A stretch of 64,000 nucleotides of DNA. It comes from the human T2T-CHM13v2.0 reference genome, Homo sapiens. Of the stretch, positions 40,641 to 56,507 are shown in pieces. Position numbers and translations under genes: made by a program. The notes under the pieces were generated by a model that searched no databases, had not been told where the DNA came from, and saw only the letters and a list, made by a program, of their open reading frames with translations. Position 1 is the stretch's first letter. Each line of letters starts with the position of its first letter. The DNA lies in the NCBI RefSeq assembly GCF_009914755.1, contig NC_060937.1; one strand, given 5' to 3'.

Positions 40641-41661
40641 AGAAAGCCCAATTGATCTCAAATGAATATTAATATAAAACTGTAAGAAATACTCACAGTT
40701 TATCAGGGGAAACAATTAGCCTGTATCCAGACCAGCCTAGTTTATAATTTGGTATTTAGATATGCATCTGCAGAGATCTTAACAAATGTCTATGTAGACA
40801 GGCATCAGGCTTTCCTTTCTTTCCCTTTTTTCTTTCCTCTATTCCTTCCCTCCTTCCTTCTATTTTTTCTTATTTTCTTTTTCCTAGGTCAACAGAATCA
40901 AGAAAGCCAAATAAATACTATATAATGGAAACCTTATCATGTTATATGATCTTACTTTGAATGGGCTTCATGAATATATATATATATATACGTACATACA
41001 TATAATTTTACTCAGGGTATTCTTTGTTTTGGAAGTCTTTTTTAGACTAAACTGTATAAACTTAGGCACAATGTACACCTTAAGTTGCATGATGTTAAAT
41101 TACATGTTTTCTTCATTCCTCAGGTTAAAAAAATTTTATATAGGGCATTCAATTAATATTATACTCTCAGATAGTGTCTTGAGAGATAATTGTGGTTGGG
41201 TAATCCTTGCCTTAAGTAAAAATTTGATTCACATTCTCAAATCTGTTTTATCTGTATATGTCAATCACATTATTCTTCTTACCATTTAGATGATGCAGTT
41301 TTGGTTGCAGTATGGATACTGACCTAAAGGCATCAAAATGAACAATGCCTCTTGAAATAATGTGTAAATGAGAATAGTTACTGATTCAAATGTGACAATT
41401 CAGTATTGCTATGAAGCAAATGATGCTAGATTAATATCAGATAGGAAGAAAAACACTTACTGTAAATTGTCATAAGAATTAAAGAAAGGCAAATAGGTAA
41501 CATCTAAATCAGATAAATGTTTTAATTCCTGGAAACATTTTTCTTCAGTATTTGTAACACAAAACATTCACAGGATTTATGGTTATCTGAAGGGCTTTTT
41601 GGAGAAAATGTTAATAAATACCCTTTAAGAAAATTTCAAAACAAATTTGAATTCTGCTGTT

Positions 41662-41701
41662 ACGGTGTTATTATTATTCCAACGGTGTTATTATTATTCC
41701 A
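41662..41701. repeat. Perfect 20 bp tandem duplication
   Basis: acggtgttattattattcca present twice head to tail. Confidence 0.95.
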
Positions 41702-41935
41702 GTATTCCAGTGTACCTACGTTTTATGTTTTTTAGATTACACATTTCTGAAAAATGAAACTTAAAATGTTACACATCCACAAACAGTACTTATACTGTTG
41801 TTATTATTACATTTAACTGATGTTGACCTACTGACTGAAATTTGCTTCCACGCATACTGGCATAATTTTGATTATCGTAACTTGCAGTTGAATACCTAAA
41901 AATTGCATTAGCAATAGAAGTTTTTATCAGGGACT

Positions 41936-42252
<317 letters not shown>

Positions 42253-42726
42253 TTAAACTGTTATTGCATGTTAAAGATATCCATATGCCCAATAAATGAC
42301 TCTTACTTATTCAACTCATAGGAATGTGTTTATTTCAATGATGGAAATACAGACATGATTGCACAGGAAGATAAAGTGGGCATGTAACATGGCTTCAGAT
42401 GTTAGAAAATTTTTGCATGGATAAATTATCTTGTGACTGCTATGTTGGTGTAGTTACTTATTTCAAGAAAAAAATTATCAGCAAGAACAATATACATTGT
42501 AAAAGAGACCTTGGATTTTTGTTTATTTATTATAGGCACCATGAGTTTGCCAAAATTAAAACAATCTTAGTGTGTATAAGTGCAGTAACGTTGTTGCACA
42601 GGATAGAGATAATAATTCTATGATAATCTACAATGGCATTTTTATATTTGAAATTCTATGTTCAGCCTTTAGACATTAATATTTATTGACAAATGACAAC
42701 TTAGTGAAAAATATACAGACTATTGG

Positions 42727-43098
42727 TGTATTAGTCTGTTCTCATGCTGCTAATAAAGACATATCTGAGACTTGGTAATTTTAAAGGAAACAGGCTTAAT
42801 TGACTCACAGTTCTGCAGGGCTGGGGAGGCCTCAGGAAACTTACAATCATGGTGGAAGGGAAAGCAAACATGTCCTTCACAGGGCAGCAGAAAGGAGAAG
42901 TTCCAAGTGAAAGTGGAGAAAGCCCCTTATAAAACCATCAGATCTCATGAGAACTCACTCACTATGGTAAGAACAGCAGCACGGGGGTAACCAACCCCAT
43001 GATTCAATTACCTCCCACTAGGTCCCACCCTCAACATGGGATTATGGGAACTACAATTCAAGATGACATTTAGGTGGGGACACACCCAAACCATATCA
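42727..43098 (-). mobile_element. THE1 (THE1C-like) solo LTR
   Basis: tgtattagtctgttctcatgctgctaataaagacata ... aaaccatatca; perfect 5 bp TSD attgg at 42722-42726 and 43099-43103. Confidence 0.95.
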
Positions 43099-43324
43099 AT
43101 TGGAAAGACTTGGACTTTCTCATATGTCATATGAGAAATAGTTGAAGACTCAAAGGTTGCTAAACTGATGAAATGGAAAGTCTTGAGAATACACTATAGC
43201 TACCCTAAATAATACAATAGCTGTTAAAATGACACAGCAAAAAAAGTGTGACTCTTAATAATATATCTAGGACAAACTAGTGGCTATTTTAATAAAAAGA
43301 CTGTTATTGGTTATTGACCATTGC

Positions 43325-44900
43325 TTTAGGTACAATTATATACAGTGAAACACATATCTTAGGTGAATTAGATAGATATCTAATGAGAAACACCATTAGA
43401 TGAATTTGACAGGTATATGCACTAATGTAACAAACACACCAATCAAGATACAGTGTTATTTCCATCACAACAGAAAGTTGCCCTATGACCACTTCCAGTC
43501 AAGTCCTATTAACATTGGCAAGCACTATTCTGATTTCTATTACCATAAATTAGTTTGTGTGTGTGTTTTTAATTTTATATAAATGGAATAATACATTATG
43601 CACTATTCTGTGTCAAAAATCTTTTGCAGTTCATTCTTCTTTACTGCTGTATAGCATAACACTGCATTAATGTTTATTTATTTATTATTTTTGTTCTATC
43701 TTTTTTCCGTAGCAAATTATTACAAAACAAAAATTGCCACCTCTCAGGGTCTGAGGGTTGCCTGGCTTAGCTGGAGAGTATTCACTCAGGGTTTCTTCGG
43801 CAATCACAGTAAGATCGAAGCTGGGATTGGATATCCCAATTGGCTCATTCACACAAGTGGCTGTGGATGCTGAATATTGGCTGGGTTCTTAGCTGGGAGT
43901 GTCAACCAGTGTGCCTACACATGGCTTTTCCATGTGGCTTTGGCTTCTATAGTATAGGAGCTAGGATCTGTAAGAGAATATATCAAGAGACAGTGTTATA
44001 AGGGACCAAAAAGAAAGCTGCAAGGATTCTTTTGAATTCAGATTAGAAATCATAAAGCTTCACAATTGGTGTATTATATCAGTCAAAATCAAATCACAAG
44101 ACCAGCACAAATTCAAGGAAGGGGAACACATAAGGACAGGGATAACAGAAGGCGTGGTTTGTTGGGCAGTCATCTTTATGAACAAGTGACCACGTCATTT
44201 TATTGTTGATTGATTGTTTCCAGTTTTTGTTTATTATTGATAAAGCTGCCTGGGTCATTATTATATAGGACCTTTTGAGGATATATATCTCATTTCTCTT
44301 AAGTATACACCTAGAAGTGTAATGGCATAGAATAGGTACAGTTAAAATATAAAAGAAAATACCAATAGTTGTTCCAAAGCAGTTTTTACAATTTTAAACC
44401 CCCATCAGCAATATATGAGAATTTAGTTTCTCCACATCCTTACCAATATTTTATGTTATGTGTCTTTTTAATTTTAGTCAACCTACTAGGTATGAACTAA
44501 AATCTCATCGTCATTTTAACTATAATTTCCCTGGTGAATAATGATCCTGAGGATATTTTATGAGTTTATTACTCAATTATATAGTTTCCTTTGTGAAGTG
44601 TCTGTTTAAGTTATTTTGTCCATTCCTATCTTTTTATCTTTTTATTCAGTTGTAGGAGGTTTCTGTATATTTTGAGTATGAGTCCTTTGTCAGATAGATG
44701 TGTTGTGAATAATTTCTCCCATTCTACAGATCTTGTTTACATTTTATTAAGGATATTTTTTGATGTTCAAAAGATTTTATTTTTGATGAAGACTAATATA
44801 TTTGTTGTTGTTGTTTGGTATATGATAAATATCGCAAGTACCCACATTGCAAGCAATTCTCTTATTATTTTTCAACGTTTCATTATTTTTCCTTTGAAAA
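43325..44900 (-). mobile_element. L1ME fragment split by an MLT1 LTR
   Basis: cactattctgatttctattaccataaattagttt and ttttatataaatggaataatacattatg on the left; ttctccacatccttaccaata and tttgtgaagtgtctgttta on the right. Confidence 0.7.
43695..44193 (-). mobile_element. MLT1G/H-like MaLR LTR
   Basis: ggctcattcacacaagtggc, tgcctacacatggcttttccatgtggc, aagctgcaagg, aattcaaggaagggga. Confidence 0.7.
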
Positions 44901-47863
44901 CACACATATTAAAATAAATAATTCACACATTTTATAGAATTGTGTTTTTTGAAATGCTATATTTTATGGAGCACTAAAATGAATTTGACATCAACACATT
45001 CAGGACCCCTGCACTAAACAGTACCAAGATATCAGCTGTCACTACTGTGTCATGGAGATTCACCCCTAAAAATATCTCACTCGAAAATAAAGGAATCATT
45101 TTCAGAAGAACAATGAAATGAAAACTTGTTTTTTTAAGAGAAAGAAAATGGACAAACCTTTAGCTAGACTAAGAAAAAAAAGAGAGAAAACCCAAATAAA
45201 TAAAATCAAGAAAAAGAGGACTTTATAACTGAGACCTCAGAAATATAAAGAATCATTAGAGACTATGACTAACAATTTTACATCAACAAATTAAAATACC
45301 TGGATGAAACTGATAAATTCCTGGACATACAACCTATCAATATCGAACCATGAAGAAATAGAAAAACGTCAATAAACCAATAATGACATATGAGATCTAA
45401 GCCATAAGATCTCCAATCAAAAAGAAGTCCAAGACTTGATAGCTTCACTGGTGAATACTACTAAATATTTAAAGAACTAATATCAAGTCTACTGAAGCTT
45501 AAAAAAATAATAATAAATGATAGGGAATTTTCCCCAACTTATTCTAAAAGACCAGCATTACCCTGACACCAAAATCAATCAAGAGCACAAAAAATGAAAG
45601 AAAATTACAGGCCAATATCACTGAAGAACATATTTGCAAAAATGCAAAAATGTTCAACAAAATACTAGGAAGCTTAATTCAACAAAACATTTAAAAAATC
45701 AACCACCATTATCAAGTGAAATTCATCTCAGGTTTACAAACAGGGTTTAACATGTGCAAGTCAATAAACATGAGACATGACATCAACAGAGCAAAGAACA
45801 ACAAAAAAAAGATTGCTTCAATAGATGCTGAAAAAGCAGCTGATAAAATTCAACATATTGGTATAATAAAAATACTTAGCAAACTGGATTTAAAAAGAAC
45901 ATACCTCAAGACAATGAAGGCCATATATGACAAAACAAACCCACAGCCAACATCATATTGAATAGGGAAAAATAGAAAACCTTATCTAAAATCTGAAACA
46001 AGGCAAGAAAGCTAAAATTTACCATTTTTATTCAACTTAATAGAGTTAACTAGGCAAGTTAACTCTATTCAACTTAATAGAGTTAACAACTTAACAGAGT
46101 TACTAGGCAAGACAGAGAAATAAAGAGCATTCAAACTGGAAAAGAATAAGTCAAATTAAATTTGTAAGCAGGCAACATGGTCTTACATTTAGAAAAACCT
46201 AAAAATTCAAAAAAACTGTTAGAACTGGTCAATGAATTTAGTAACGTTGCAGGATACAAAATCAACATAACAAAAATCAGTAGCATTTATATATGCCAGC
46301 AGTAAATATCTGAAAAGAAATCAAGAAACTAATTTCTTTTACAATAACTTCAAGTACACAAAATAACTATGAATCAATTTAACCAAAGATGTGAAAAATC
46401 TATACAAAGAAAATTATAAAATAGTGACTAAAGACATTAAAGAGGAAACACAAAAAATGAAAATACATTTTATGCTCATGGACTGCATAAATTAATATTA
46501 TTAAAATAAAAATACTACCCTGAGCAATCTACAGATTCAACGTAATTCCTATCCCAATACCAGTGACATTCTTCACAGAAACAGAAAAAAATTATAAAAT
46601 TCATAGCGAACAAAAACAAAAATTTAGCCAAAGCAATGTTGAGCAGAAAGAACAAAGCTTCAGGCATCATGCTACCTGAATTTAGAATATTCTAGAAAAT
46701 TATAGTAACCAAAACAAATGGTACTGGCATAAAAACAGACACATAGACCAATGGAACAGTTTCCAGATATAAACAAAACAAAACTGGAGGTATCACACTA
46801 CTTAACTTATAAATGTACTATGAAACTATAGTAACCAAAACAAGATGGTACTGACATAAAAACAGTCCCACAGACCAATGGAACACAATAGAGGTCCAAG
46901 ATATAAATCTATGTATTAACAGCCAACGTATTTTTGACAAAGGTACCAAGAATATACAATGGGGAAAGGACATTCTCTTCAATAGATGGTGCTTGGAAAA
47001 CTGGATAACATATGTGGAAAAATGAAGCTAGACTTCTATCTCTCACCATATGTAAAAAGCAAATGAAAAATGGATTAAGGAATTACATCTAACACCCGAA
47101 ACTATGAAACTACTAAAAACAGACTTTAGGGAAACACACCAAGACATTAGTCTTGATAGAGATTTTTTTGTGAACAATCTCAAATCACAAGGAACAAAAG
47201 CAAAAATAGATAAATGTAATTGCATTAAGCTAAAAAGCTTCTGCACAGAAAAAAATCACCAAAATGAAGAGACAACTCAAAGAATACAATAAAATATTTG
47301 CAAACTATCCATCTGACAAATAATTAATAACCTGAGTATTTAAGGGGCTCAAAGAACTAAATAGCAAAAAAAAAAAAAAAAAAAAACCCTCAAAACACAA
47401 ACAAAAAAAATAATTTGGTTAAAAAATGAGCAAATGATCTGAATAGACATCTCTGAAAAGAATACATACAAATGACCATCAAGTATATTTAAAATTTGCT
47501 CATTATTCATCATTAAAGAAATGCACATCAAAACAAAATGTCATTTCACCCTAGTTAAAACGCCTTTTATCAAAGGCAGGGAATAATAGATGCTGAGGAG
47601 GATGTGGAGAAAGAGGACACTTGTATACTTTTGGTGGGAACGTAAATTGGTTGATCCACTATGGAAAATGGTATTATGGTTCCCCAAACAACTAAAAACA
47701 GAACTACCATATGATCCAGTAATTCTACTACTGGGCATATATCCAAAAGAAAAAAAAATATCAAAGAGATATAGGTACACCCATGTATATTACATCACTA
47801 TTCTTGATAGCCAAATATGGAATCAATTTAAGTGTCCATAAACAGATGAATAGATAAATAAAA

Positions 47864-48189
<326 letters not shown>

Positions 48190-48292
48190 TCAGTGGAACT
48201 GCAGGTCATGATGTTAGATGAAAGAAGACAAGAACTGAAAGACAAATATCTCATGTTCTCACTCAGACCTGGAAGAAAAAATAATGCATATC

Positions 48293-48723
48293 CATGGAAT
48301 CAACCCAAATTCCCATCAATGATAGACCTGATAAAGCAAATATGGTACATATATAACATAGAATACTATTCAGCCATAAAAATGAACAAGATCATGTCCT
48401 TTGAAGAGACATGAATGGAGCTGGAAGCCATTGTCCTCAGCAAACACAGGAACACAAAACCAAAGATCGCATGTTCTTAGTTATAAGTGGGAGCTGAACA
48501 ATGAAAACACATGGATACAGGGAGGAGAACAACATACACTGGGGCCTGTCATCGAAGGGAGGGGAGGGAGTACATCAGGATAAATAGCTAATGCATGTGG
48601 GGCTTAATATCTAGGTGATGGATTGACAGGTGCAGCAAACCACCATGGCACACGTTTTCCTATGTAACAAACCTGCACGTCCTGCACATGTATCTTGTAA
48701 CTTAAAATAAAGTAAAACTTTTT
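48293..48723 (+). mobile_element. L1PA10-13-like 3' end inserted in L1MA
   Basis: caggataaatagctaatgcatgtggggcttaatatctaggtgatgg...aacttaaaataaa; TSD core tgcatatc at 48285-48292 and 48731-48738. Confidence 0.88.
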
Positions 48724-49134
48724 AAAAAAGTGCATATCACGAAAGTAGAGGGTAGGCTGGTGGTGTTAGAGTCCAGGAAAGATAGGGAAATAGGAGGGAT
48801 AATGAGAGGTTAATTAATGTGTACAAATATTCATTTAAGTAGGAGAAATAAGACCTGGTGTTTGATAGCTCAGTAGAGTGATTATAATTACTATTAGTCA
48901 ATTGTACATTTCAAAATATCTAGAAAAGAATATTTCTAATGTTCCTAGCATAAATAAGTTTATAGGTATCTCAATTACCCTCAGTTGATTATCTGAACGT
49001 ATCAAATAATCAAATATACCATAAAAATATGTACATCAAATAGATATCAATTTAAAAATCTAACAATGAAGAATATTTCACTTTGATTGTTGTAACCAGT
49101 TAATCATCTGTGATTTTTTAAATAGAAATATTTA

Positions 49135-49449
49135 CTTTATTATTATTATTATTATTAGTTTATTTTTTGAGACAGGGTCTTGCTCTGTCACCTAGGCTGC
49201 AGTTCAATGGTGCAAACACAGCTCACTGTAACTTTGACTCCTGGGCTCAAGTGATCCTCCACCTTAGCCTCTCAACTAGCTGAAACTACAGGTACATGCC
49301 ACCATGACTAACTAAGATTTTGTCCTTTTTGTAGAGATGAGGTCCTGCTATGTTGCCCAGGCAGATCTTGAACTCCTGGCTTCAATTGATCCACCCATCT
49401 GGACCTCAAAAAGTGCTGGGATTACAGGCATGAGCCAGTAGGACTGGCC
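49135..49449 (-). mobile_element. AluJ
   Basis: gagacagggtcttgctctgtca, acagctcactgta, ctgggctcaagtgatcctcc; (TTA)n tail. Confidence 0.92.
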
Positions 49450-49649
49450 ATAAGTAGTTAAGTTTAAAAGTGAGTGGCTATACAAGGGATCCCAAGAAAA
49501 TGGGTTAATCCAGTTTGAGATAGAGTAGGTAGAGAAGACCTTGACATACCTTGTAATGCTAGAAAATAAGAATGTGATCAAAAAATGATTAGGGCATGTC
49601 ACAAAGACAAAGAAGCCAAATCTGGGATAATATGAGTACACACGTAATT

Positions 49650-50400
49650 AGAGTAAATATTTAAACATTTCCAAGATGGTAATTATTTATACATTTACAA
49701 AAATCCATTTATTCAAAGTTGGAAATCATTTATATATTTATTATCTGCATAGAGATAACAATAATAAATAGGTATAGAAAAAAGACAATTATACAGTATG
49801 AAATAATAAATATATAAATAAATAAATAATGGGGAGGGGAATGCTCTTGTTTTACAGTAACATTGCTATCATAAATGTGTATCAACACTGACTTGATAGA
49901 TATTGTATACTTCCAGGCGTGTTACTCCAAAAAGGACACAACTTCACTTTTATAGCATTTTTTCAAAAATATATAGTCTGGTTCTAATCTTGTAAAAACA
50001 ACGAACAGGGGAGCAATCTTCTTCCAAAAAAGAACACTATAAAAGAAAAAATAAGATGTGTACATATTCCAGATTTTAAAAGGCAAAATTTTTGACTAAT
50101 AAATGAAATACTTGACCTGATACCATATTCGATATTGGAGGACAAATGTAGCAAAGAAGTATTTGGGAATTAAAATCTATGTAACTTACTCTAAAATGGT
50201 ACAGAGATATAGATAGATAGATGGAGCTAGAGTAGAAATAGAGATATGATTTATGCAAGTTATTTTCATATAGATGAAAGAGAGAAGAATGATAAAATAT
50301 TAACAATAGGTGAATCTGTGTTTAGGTACGTAAACATATGTTTCTCATTTTTCCAACTGTTTTAAAATTTTAAATTACCTCAACATTTTAAAAAGTTAAA
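49650..50400 (+). mobile_element. L1MC/L1ME 3' region fragment
   Basis: aaaggacacaacttcacttt, aatacttgacctgataccata, aacaataggtgaatctgtg...aaattacctcaacattt. Confidence 0.5.
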
Positions 50401-50413
50401 AAAGTGATCTGCA

Positions 50414-50725
<312 letters not shown>

Positions 50726-51084
50726 CTGCAGAGAAGTAAAGGTACATGCTGTCATTGTAATTATCAGTATAACCAAGAGACAAAACTAAAAAGAAAATTT
50801 TAAGTAAGGAGATGAGTTGGGAGGGTGATATCACTGATTTAAATCCACATCTATTCTAGCAGGAGGTTAAGAAGAAGAAAAAATAAAACTCTAAGCTCTA
50901 AACTCTAACAAACCAAAACCAAATCACAACATCACCATATTTTGGGGTATCAGTGTTTACAGCCAAAGAGCTGCTCTCTTTCAGAAGCAGCAATATGAAT
51001 GGGAAAGATTTAGACAAGGCACTACTGCACTTCACTGAATCATTATTATAAATCTAAATATATACGCATATACTCAAAAGCAAT

Positions 51085-51350
51085 CAAACTATTCTGAAAG
51101 ATGGTGGTGGCCATGGAGACAGAGAGATGTGAATTATTTGAAATATATTTGGGAAACTACATTGATAGAAATTGGAAGCAATGAGTGAAGTAAAATCAGG
51201 CCTCTGACTTGGGGAAGCTGGGAGGAGAATGGTATGATTCTCTAAGTTGGGAAACACCACAGAAGACATATTGTGAAGAGAAATAAAACAATTTAGTATT
51301 CAATCTACTGAATTTCTGTTATGTTTGAGGACAGGCATTTCTTTTAGGAA
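51085..51350 (-). mobile_element. L2 fragment split by the MST insertion (continues at 54075-54170)
   Basis: Antisense L2 motifs on both sides of the provirus, e.g. gttaggaatatggatctggagctca and ggattctggaatcagcagc. Confidence 0.6.
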
Positions 51351-51355
51351 GTTAG

Positions 51356-54069
<2,714 letters not shown>

Positions 54070-54179
54070 GTTAGGAATATGGATCTGGAGCTCAAACGAA
54101 ATATTTGATTTGGAAAAGTGGATTCTGGAATCAGCAGCAGCAGAAAATGTTTACATAGGAAGCATGTAGTGTAAGAAAC

Positions 54180-54365
54180 ATGTAGTGCTTAATATTATAC
54201 TTGGAGTTAGGCTTTCTGGAATTGAATTTTGGTCCCCTCATCCTAGATGAATGTCCTTTGAGAAGTCATTTAACAACTTTTTATCTCTCTCATGTGTAAA
54301 TGGCAACTAATAATAGTCTCTACCTTTTACAATTATTGTGGCTAGTCAGTATAAAAAGCATTAGA
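54180..54365 (+). mobile_element. MIR
   Basis: aagtcatttaacaactt...tctctcatgtgtaaatggcaactaataatagtctctacct. Confidence 0.65.
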
Positions 54366-54401
54366 AAGTTTCTTTTTTTTTGTTTTCCCAGATGACACTA
54401 C

Positions 54402-56457
54402 TTTTATTTATTCTTTAATTTTAATTTTTAATTGACAATATTTGTATATTTGTATGGAATAAAATGTGATGCTTTGATATATTTTACAATGGGGAATGAT
54501 AATTTAATCAGGCTAATTAACAAATCCATCACCTCATATACTTATTTTTGTGGGGTGAAAACTTTTAAAATCTATTCTTTTAGCAATTTTGAAATTGAAA
54601 ATGCATTATTATTGTTAGCCAATATTTTGTGCAATAGATTACTAAAGCTTATTTCTCCTAACTGAACCTCTGTAACCTTGTATCAGCATCTCCTTTTTGC
54701 TGTCCACCCCACCATTCTTCTTTCTGCATCTATGAGTTAAACATTTTTAGATTCCACGTATAAGTGAGATCATGTGGTTTTTGTCTTTCCGTACTTGGCT
54801 TATTTTACTTAGTAGAATGTCCTCCATGTTGCCATAGAATCACGTTGCCACAAATAATATTTTCCTCTTTTTAAAGGCCAAATCATATTTCATTGTGTAA
54901 ATATAATACATTTTCCTTATCCATTCAACCGATCACGGATACCTAGATTGCTTCTATATCGTAGCTATAGTAAATAATGCTGCAGTGAACATGGGAGTGC
55001 AACTATCTCTTTGGCATACTAATTTCAATTCCTTTGGATATATGCACAAAAATTGCGTTGCTGATTCATATTGCAATTCTTTTTTTAGTTGCCCAAGTAA
55101 TTTCTATACTGTTTTCCATAATGGCTAAATACATTCCCATCAACAGTAAACAAAAGTTCCCTCTTCTTCGACTCTTTCCAACATTTGCTATCTTTTGTCT
55201 TTGGTACTAGCCACTCTAACAGGTATGAGGTGATATGACATTGTGTTTTAAATTTGCATTTCTCCAATGATTAGTGGTAATAAGCCTTATAAATATATAT
55301 CAATATATATATGTATATGTTGGCTATTTGTATTGCATTTAAAAAGTGTCTTTTTAGGTCTTTTGCACATTTTTTAAATTGGGTACTTGTTTTCTTGCTA
55401 ACAAGTTGTTTGTGTTTCTTACGCATCTTGGATAATAACCATTTATCAGATAGAAAATTTGCAAATATTTTCTCCCATTCTGTAAATTACCTTTTCATTC
55501 TGTTGATTGTTTCCTTTGCTGTGCAGAAGCTTTGTAGTTTGATGCAATCCCATTTATTTGTTTGCTTTTGTTGTCTGTGCTTTTGCGGTCTTGTCCGAGA
55601 AATCTTTGCTCACAGCAATGTCACAAAGAGGTTCCCCTATGTTTTATTATAGTAGTTTTACAGTTTCACATGTTACATTTAAGTCTAAAATCCATTATGA
55701 GTTGATATTTGTATATGGTGTAGATAAAACTCCAATTTTTTTCATCTACCTGTTGCTATCCATTTGTCCCAACATTTTTTGTTGAAAAAAAATGTCCTTT
55801 CTCCATTGAATGTTATTGGCAGCTTTGTAAAAAAACAGTTGACCCTAAAAATGTGGGCTTATTTCTGGGCTCTCTACCCTCTTCCATTGGACAATATGTC
55901 TGTTTTAGTTTAGTACCATGACTTGTTGATTATTATTGCTTTGTAGTTTATTTTAAAATAAGATAATATGATGGCTCTGGCTTTGTTATTATTGCTCAAG
56001 ATTGCTTTGGCTATTTGAGGTCTTTTGTGATTTTTTATAGAAATTTTGAATAGTATTTTCTATTTCCATGAAAAATGACATTGAAATTTTGATAGAAATT
56101 ACACTGAATCCATAGATCACTTTGAATAGTACAGACTTTTTAACAATATTAATTCTTCTCATCCATGAACGTAAGATATCTTCCATTTTTTGTGTCAACT
56201 ACAATTTATTTCATCAATGTTTTACAGTTTTCAGTATATGGATCTTTCACCTCCTTTGTTAAATTTTGCTCCTAATAATTTTATTTATGTTTATATTTAT
56301 GCTATGTTAATGGATTTACTTCTTTACTTTTTCAGATAGTTTGTTATTAGTGTGGTAAAAATACTACTGAATTTTGCATGTTGATTTTGTACCCTGAAAC
56401 TTTACTGAATACATTACTAATTTGAATAGTTTTTGGTGGCTTCTTTAGAGGTTTTTA

Positions 56458-56507
<50 letters not shown>

